Shown here one piece after another: positions 48,245 through 51,104 of a stretch of 51,104 nt of DNA. The first letter of the stretch is position 1. Each line of letters begins with the position of its first letter. A program made the translations under genes and the position numbers. The notes beneath the pieces are model-generated. The model was not told where the DNA came from. It did not search any database and was given only the letters and a program-made list of their open reading frames with translations. Source of the stretch: Agromyces sp. (GTDB lineage: Bacteria; Actinomycetota; Actinomycetes; Actinomycetales; Microbacteriaceae); assembly GCA_035698465.1 (NCBI GenBank), contig DASSBT010000031.1, positions 1 through 51,104 of the forward strand. The letters are read 5' to 3'.

Positions 48245-49531
48245 TCAGTCGCCGACGGGCGACGGTGACGGCGCGGGCTCGGGCGACGGCTCGGGCACGC
48301 CGTTCGCGCTCGCCGGGATGCGGCGTTCGAGCGCACCGGCCAGCACCCCGATGCCGAGGCAGCCGACCACCATGACGGCGATGTACACCACGGGCAGCCC
48401 CTGATCGAGCAGGATGCCCGCCGCGATCGGTCCGGTGATCGCGCCGCCCTGGAACGCCGCCGAGTTGATCGCGTTGTAGCGGCCGCGGTTGCGGTCGGAG
48501 GCGAGGTCGTTGTACATCGCCGGCACCGTCGGTTGCAGCAGGGTCTCGCCGAACGCGAACACCCCCATGTAGGCCAGCACGCCGATCGCCGCCGCGAGCG
48601 TGCCCGGCAGCAGCCCTGCGGCGCCCAGGATCAGCCACGACGCCGCCCAGACCAGCGCCATCACCCACATCACCCTGGTGCGCCGCTTGCCGGTGATGTA
48701 CTTGAGCACGGCGAACTGCAACAGCACGATGACGAGGGTGTTGACGGCGAAGGCGAAGCCGATCACGCGAGTCGAGACCTCAGCCACCTGTCGGGCGTAC
48801 GCGGGGAAGCCGGCCTCCATCTGTCCGTACCCGATGAACATGGCGAGGAAGGTGAGCAGCGTCAGCCACAGCACCGCCGGCCGACGGAGGATCTCGCGGT
48901 AGCCCGCCGTCGGCGGGGCGTCGTCTGATGGCTCGGCGTGGGTGCGCACGTGTCGCAGCGGCCCGAGAAGCAGTGCGGCCGGCACCATGCAGCTGATCGC
49001 GTCGATGAGGAAGATCACCGTGAACGTCTCGGGCGAATCGACGTCGACGTAGAACCCGCCGATGATGCCGCCTACGCCGATGCCGAGGTTCACGAGGGCG
49101 AAGTTGACGCCGAAGTACTGCTGACGCAGGTCGCCCTCGACCACCGCGGCGATCAACGCGTTGAATCCGGGCCAGGAAACGCCGAAGTTCACCCCGATCA
49201 GCACAAGGGCGACCGCTGCGACCGCGGGATGGGTCGCGAACGCGAGCAGCGTGCAGCCCGCGATCATCGCGGCGAGCCCGGTGAGCAGCACGACGCGGGC
49301 GCCGAACCGGTCGATGAGCGTGCCGCCCGGGCCGGTCACGATCAGCCCGACGATCGCGATCACGCTCATTAACCCGCCTGAGAGCCCGAGGTCGAAGCCC
49401 CGTACCTCGTGCAGGTAGATGATCGTGAACGGCAGGGTCAATCCCCGGCCGAGCGTCTGGATCGCGACCGTCGAGAGCAGCCACCGACCCTCGGTGGGAA
49501 GCGCGCTCCAGAAGCCCTTGATGCCGATCAC
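48245..49531 (-). CDS. MFS transporter
   Basis: About 12 TM; GTLIDRFGAR motif A, GETLLQP, RGRYNA. Confidence 0.87.
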   Translation of the reverse strand: MIGIKGFWSALPTEGRWLLSTVAIQTLGRGLTLPFTIIYLHEVRGFDLGLSGGLMSVIAIVGLIVTGPGGTLIDRFGARVVLLTGLAAMIAGCTLLAFATHPAVAAVALVLIGVNFGVSWPGFNALIAAVVEGDLRQQYFGVNFALVNLGIGVGGIIGGFYVDVDSPETFTVIFLIDAISCMVPAALLLGPLRHVRTHAEPSDDAPPTAGYREILRRPAVLWLTLLTFLAMFIGYGQMEAGFPAYARQVAEVSTRVIGFAFAVNTLVIVLLQFAVLKYITGKRRTRVMWVMALVWAASWLILGAAGLLPGTLAAAIGVLAYMGVFAFGETLLQPTVPAMYNDLASDRNRGRYNAINSAAFQGGAITGPIAAGILLDQGLPVVYIAVMVVGCLGIGVLAGALERRIPASANGVPEPSPEPAPSPSPVGD

Positions 49532-49602
49532 TTGAATATTCTGCCGAATGCCACCGACATCGCACACACCCGGGGTTCACCTTGCGGCCGTACGCTGCCC
49601 AC

Positions 49603-51104
49603 ATGCTGTTGCGTGAGGGCACGACGCGGCGCGATCTCGTCGTCGAGACCGACGCGGGTGCGGTGCGTGGCATCCGCCGCAGGGGCGTGCGCATGTGGCG
49701 GGGCATCCCGTACGCCGCGTCAACCGCAGGCGACGGCCGCTTCCGCGCCCCGCAGCCCGTGCAGCCGTGGGCCGGCGTGCGCGATGCGACGCGCTTCGGG
49801 CCGGTCGCACCGCAGAAGCGTCGAGGCCAGTTCATCGGTGCCGCCCCGCACCTGCCGCGCAGCGAGGACTGCCTGAGCCTCAACATCACCGCCCCCGACG
49901 ACGCCGCGCGCGACGACGAGGCGCCCGGCCGAGTCCGGCCGGTGATGGTGTTCATCCACGGCGGCGCCTACAGCGTCGGTTCGTCGGGCGAGTACCCGCG
50001 GCAGGGCCAGGGCCTGGTCCGCAACCACGGGGTGGTGTACGTGAGCCTCAACTACCGGCTCGGCGCGCTCGGGTGGCTCGACTTCAGGGAGTACTCGTCG
50101 CCGCGGCATCCGTTCGACTGCAATCTCGGGCTCCGCGACCAGGTGGCAGCGCTCGAGTGGGTGCGCCGCAACATCGGCGCATTCGGCGGCGACCCGGGCA
50201 ACGTCACGCTGTTCGGCGAATCCGCGGGTGCCAACTCGGTCACGACCCTCATGGCGGTGCCGGCCGCAGAAGGACTGTTCGCCCGGGCGATCGCGCAGAG
50301 CTCGCCCGCGAACGCCGTGTACCTTCCCGAGACGGCGGCCGCGTGGGCGCGCGAATACGTGGCGATCCTCAGCGGCCTGGTCGACGACGACGACCTCGAG
50401 AGCGAGTCGACGGATGCCGCGGCCACGATGCTGCGCGCCGCCGATCCCATGCTGCTCGCCGACGCGACGACCGCCCTCACGGTGCGCACGCCCGACGAGA
50501 ACCCGGGCACGATCAGCCTCGCGCCCGTGATCGACGGCGAGTTCCTGCCGCATCGGCCGCTCGACGCATTCCGCGACGGGCTCGCGCACCGCGTGCCGCT
50601 CCTGATCGGCACCAACGACCGTGAGGGGTCGCTCTTCGAGGGGCGCATCAGCATCCTGCCGTCGACGAAACCGCGCATCCGCGCGATCTTCACGAACACG
50701 AGGAAGACGGCGCGCAAGGCGATCACGCGGCAGTATCCCGGGTTGCCCGCTCGGCGCCCTGCCGCCGATTTCGCCGGCGACTTCACGTTCTGGTTCCCGA
50801 CGGTGAAGGCGGCCGAGCGGCACTCGCGGTTCGCGCCCGTGTACGTCTACCGCTTCGACGCGGCGCCCCGGATGCCACGGCTGCTCGGCCTCGACGCGAC
50901 CCACGGCATGGAGCTCTTCGCCCTGTTCGAGAAGTTCGACACGCCGGTCGGCGCCGCGCTCACCCTGCTCGGAGGGCGGCGGATGTTCCGCGAGGCCGGG
51001 CGACGGATGCAGCAGTACTGGACGTCGTTCGCGGCATCCGGCGTGCCCGGCCCGACGTGGCCGCGCTACGACGAGGTGGATCGCGCCACCTTCGTCTTCG
51101 ACGG
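49603..51104 (+). CDS. Carboxylesterase type B (runs off the window end)
   Basis: Translated by hand: WRGIPYA, SEDCLSLNI, FIHGGAY, NYRLG, FGESAG; no stop before 51104; TACGCT 6 nt before ATG. Confidence 0.9.
   Translation, partial: MLLREGTTRRDLVVETDAGAVRGIRRRGVRMWRGIPYAASTAGDGRFRAPQPVQPWAGVRDATRFGPVAPQKRRGQFIGAAPHLPRSEDCLSLNITAPDDAARDDEAPGRVRPVMVFIHGGAYSVGSSGEYPRQGQGLVRNHGVVYVSLNYRLGALGWLDFREYSSPRHPFDCNLGLRDQVAALEWVRRNIGAFGGDPGNVTLFGESAGANSVTTLMAVPAAEGLFARAIAQSSPANAVYLPETAAAWAREYVAILSGLVDDDDLESESTDAAATMLRAADPMLLADATTALTVRTPDENPGTISLAPVIDGEFLPHRPLDAFRDGLAHRVPLLIGTNDREGSLFEGRISILPSTKPRIRAIFTNTRKTARKAITRQYPGLPARRPAADFAGDFTFWFPTVKAAERHSRFAPVYVYRFDAAPRMPRLLGLDATHGMELFALFEKFDTPVGAALTLLGGRRMFREAGRRMQQYWTSFAASGVPGPTWPRYDEVDRATFVFD

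Overview
High-GC (~70%) actinobacterial chromosome segment. Gene content and repeat style suggest Microbacteriaceae (Agromyces/Microbacterium-like), which is an inference. Core genes are sulP-arsR, the HspR heat-shock regulon (dnaK-grpE-dnaJ-hspR and, 37 kb away, a clpB lacking its N-domain, both with HAIR operators and SigH-type promoters) and clpS-DUF2017. Three accessory modules lie between them. (1) A c-di-GMP module (11.2-15.3 kb): an RsbQ/KAI2-like hydrolase is translationally coupled to a PAS-GAF-GGDEF cyclase, followed by three small uncharacterised proteins and a convergent stand-alone EAL protein. (2) A ~22 kb cluster (17.7-40 kb) of SHOCT, DUF6325, DUF1269 and DUF7144-like proteins, transporters, glutaminase, YbdK ligase, M20 peptidase and arylsulfatase around a MalT-like STAND-LuxR regulator. 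Five copies of a TCAYCC-N5-GGRTGA box sit 22-23 nt upstream of -10-like hexamers, making this the best candidate for an undescribed regulon. (3) A type III PKS-methyltransferase-FAD monooxygenase operon. The heptamer GGATGCC/GGCATCC is strongly over-represented, and REP-like palindromes are embedded in frame in grpE and in a methyltransferase. No rRNA, tRNA, CRISPR array, integrase or transposase was seen. Family names come from motif recognition and recall, not database searches.
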